64,000 bases of DNA, from assembly GCA_013239625.1 (NCBI GenBank), contig MU053933.1, positions 746,001 through 810,000 on the forward strand. The letters are read 5' to 3'. Position numbers and translations under genes: made by a program. The notes beneath the pieces are model-generated. The model was not told the origin of the DNA and searched no databases. It saw only the letters and a program-made list of their open reading frames with translations. This DNA is from Lama guanicoe. Lineage: Eukaryota. Below, piece after piece: positions 60,377 to 64,000 of the stretch (its first letter is position 1; each line of letters starts with the position of its first letter).

Positions 60377-60533
60377 CCTCGGCTCCTGGGGCCTCCTCCT
60401 GGCCAGCTCCGTCTGCCAGGCGCTCCTTCTCAGGGAGGGTGGGGGTCCACAAGGCCAATTCTGTGATTCTGGTGGCCTTCCATTTGGGGATGACAGTCAC
60501 TAATGTCTCCCCCTCTTCTTCCTCTTCTCTTTC
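60377..60533 (-). CDS. RSPH1: RSPH1 coding exon
   Basis: TAG| and |GTATGG sites, 157 nt. [52 protein letters not shown]. Confidence 0.94.
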
Positions 60534-61321
60534 CTATTTTCAGTTTAAAAATGTAAATTGACCTACACTGTGGGATATTTAAAGTGAGGGGAGAAGGGAC
60601 AGACTTGGAATTGCATTTGAGCATTTTTAGAACACGATTCAGTGACCAGAGTGATTGCCTACTACCCAGAGTATCATGTAAGGGCTGAAAACATCTTGAA
60701 AGAACGTGGACAAGGAATGAAGGTCAGGGCCGCACGGCACCTGCGCTCTTTCCACGGATGGCACGAGAGGCTTTCAGACACGACACAATCCAGGTAAGAA
60801 ACAACTGGGGCTCGATGCCCTCTGCCATCTCGCAGCCCCGTGTCCCACATCTCCCAGCTCTCAGATTCTTTACACATAATAAAACGAACATCACTGTAAG
60901 AAAAGGCCTAAAAACACCCAAAGACATTTGGCCATGATGTGGAGGGGGCATAAGCTCCAGCCTCCAGGGTTACGGAGAGGAAAATAAAATTCAGTGAAAG
61001 CAGACAAAGCTCATCATTTCTAAGCGTGGAATGTTTCACGGTAATGTAAGTCCAACGACGGTTAACAGCCAGCACACGTCAGTCGTGCCAAGGGCATTGG
61101 TCCACTTCTCGATTCTGTAACTATCACAGAAGTCCCAAGATCTGAACGTCAATCCTATGAATGTGGAAAATGTCACTATCCCATAGGTGATAACACCGGT
61201 GACAGAGAGTGGCAGATCCCTGCCCATTACTTTCATTGAGTCACTCAGAAATAAATTACTCTACTTGGTTTTAAAATTCTGAGTTTCTTCCCCCATGAAG
61301 GGCAACATCAATGCCCAGGAG

Positions 61322-61488
61322 AGTGATGCTCAAACTTGGATCACACCAGAATCCCCTGGATGGGTTGTTAAAGCACAGATCGCTGGCCCTACCCCTGGAG
61401 TTTCTGATTCAGTAAGTCGGGGGGGCCCAATACTCTCCATTTCTAAGAGATTCCTGGGTGGCCCAGGGACTACACTTTGAGAATCGTT
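61322..61488. mobile_element. MER5A (hAT-Charlie) MITE
   Basis: CTCAAACTT...CAGAATCCCCTGGA...TTGTTAAAGCACAGAT...GAGTTTCTGATTCAGTAAGT...ACACTTTGAGAA. Confidence 0.85.
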
Positions 61489-61494
61489 CCCTCA

Positions 61495-61875
61495 GGGTAT
61501 CTGCTGTCTCCTGTCTCCTGGGTACTCATGTGCCCACCACTTCTCCCTCAGGATCAGGGGCTCATTCCTCCAGCTGCTGGGAGGGTTGGCAGCTGACTGC
61601 TTACAATGGGGTCCCTCCCAGGAACTGCCCTTCCCCAAAGGAAGCCACACAGACCAGGTTTCATGCCTCTGTCCATGGGCAGCCTATACCCCATGACTGG
61701 TCTACAGGGCGATCAAAGGTCCTTGCCTCCATTGAGGACACTCTGAAGGGTCGTCCAGTTTCAAGGCTCCCTTGGGGTCTGGACACAACTCAGCTTCCCC
61801 TTCTGCCCATCCTGTTTCCTACACCCCCTCACCGCAACCAACCCCGACACACATCTCCAGGATCAGTGTCACCGA
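61495..61875 (+). mobile_element. LTR16-like ERVL LTR
   Basis: CTCATTCCTCCAGCTGCTGGGAG...GGAACTGCCCT...GACACTCTGAAGGG. Confidence 0.6.
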
Positions 61876-61926
61876 GCAGCTCTGCCACCTGTGAGCGCGG
61901 GAAACGAGATGCACTCTGCAACTTAC

Positions 61927-61998
61927 CACACCTGTTAAGTGATATTCCCCGTGCTGTTCGCATCCAATGTCAAACACATACTTTCCAGGGCCAACAGG
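61927..61998 (-). CDS. RSPH1: RSPH1 coding exon
   Basis: CAG| and |GTAAG sites, 72 nt. PVGPGKYVFDIGCEQHGEYHLTGV. Confidence 0.96.
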
Positions 61999-62460
61999 CT
62001 GCGAGCAAAGAGAAACCAAGAGGTGCTTCACCCGTGAGTGGCGACACCCAGTAGAAAGTACAAAGTGCTTTATAAATGTTACCTTCATAAAACCTACCCA
62101 AAGGCGTGGAATTGAGGGAAATCCAACATGGATTAAAGATGCTTTTTTGAACTGATGGTTAACAGAATTGCAAAGTATAGGTCCTCTTTGGTTTGCTTAA
62201 AAATTTTTTTTCTCTTTATAAAAGTAATGTATTTATGACAAAAATTTGACTTAGTCAACACCCACAGTCAAATTAGCCAGAAATAAAACTACCCATAATA
62301 CTTTGATGTAGTCTCTGTAACCTTGTTCTTAAAAGAGATTTTAAAAATAAAAATCCCATCGTAATTACACACACTGACTCGCGCTTTACTGTCACTCAGC
62401 GAGAGGGCACGCACCGCCCCCCGGGGGAGGTCTGCCCGGCTCTGTCATACTTTCTGCTCA

Positions 62461-62856
<396 letters not shown>

Positions 62857-63123
62857 TCAGCGCCGGCCCTCCCACGGGGTGGCTGGCGGGCTTGGGGAAG
62901 AGGCTGTGTCCCTGGGAGCCACAGCTCAGCTCCCAGAAGTTCTCCTGTGCATCCCTCGGCCTGGGGCTCTTGGGTGTGTTCCCAGGAGTCTGCGTCCACC
63001 CAGCACTGCACTGGCCCCACACCAGCCCTAAAGCCATGAACTGCGGGGCAGAGCTGGACAACGGGCTCTGGGTGTGACGCCGTCTCTAAGTCAGACACCG
63101 TCTCGGGCTCATCCCGTGAGTCA

Positions 63124-63477
<354 letters not shown>

Positions 63478-64000
63478 TCAAGTCAGGATCTGCTGCCCTG
63501 TGGCCAGTGGCCCCCACCCCACTCCTACTGTCTCGCATGTGCTCAGCGATCCAGCAACAACCCGGAGCCTCAGCGGTCCACCCTCAGCCACTTGCCAGTG
63601 CTTGACTCCCTTTCGCACCTCGCACCTGCTCCAGTGCCTGCGGCTGCCCCACCTGCGCCACACGGAGGGATGCTGTGCCTCAGCTGACCCAGCCTCTGCT
63701 TGGACGCCCCCTCACCCGAGTCCCTGCCATTCACCCCTACGCAAGTTCCTGCTAATTATGGGCTGACTTGATAGGAAATACTGGAAATGGCAAAGACACC
63801 ATGAAATCCATAGCACACTCTCTACAGTGAGGGCAACAGCAAACCACTCAGTGAACATCGTAAGCTGAAAGGTATTGAAGATGAGTCCCTGCCCTGGAAA
63901 ACTCAAGATGTCCTCAAGGCTTACGCCTCGCACACGAAAGGAGCTCGACAGAACGTCAGCTCCCAACGTCAGCAGCTATCCTGAAGATGAAGATGGCGTT

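Overview
Mammalian genomic DNA, GC-rich and repeat-dense. It is probably artiodactyl and most likely camelid, inferred from the L1 3'UTR type and the absence of any recognisable Alu, Bov-tA, CHR or PRE-1 SINE. It holds two convergent genes in the order known from human 21q22.3. (1) The 3' part of UBASH3A (STS-2/TULA) on +: 11 coding exons from 1820 to the TAA at 33709-33711, covering the 2H-phosphoesterase, SH3 and histidine-phosphatase (PGM-like) domains. (2) The 3' part of RSPH1 on -: 6 coding exons from 63239 down to the TGA at 57795-57797. The ~24 kb between them is mostly transposable elements, including a nested stack: an old L1, an LTR inserted in it, and a ~5.65 kb near-full-length young L1 inserted in that LTR. 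Most notable observations: a +1 frameshift in a G run of a UBASH3A exon (assembly error or null allele); a frame-broken but splice-site-intact counterpart of the human long-isoform cassette exon; a tandem repeat that triplicates a 5' splice site; a 19-bp E-box/AP-1 minisatellite grown inside an MLT1 LTR; an intronic CpG island with an antisense TATA box; and an unusually short L1 5'UTR. I found no convincing wholly new biological system. Human comparisons and repeat family names are from memory, not from a database search.
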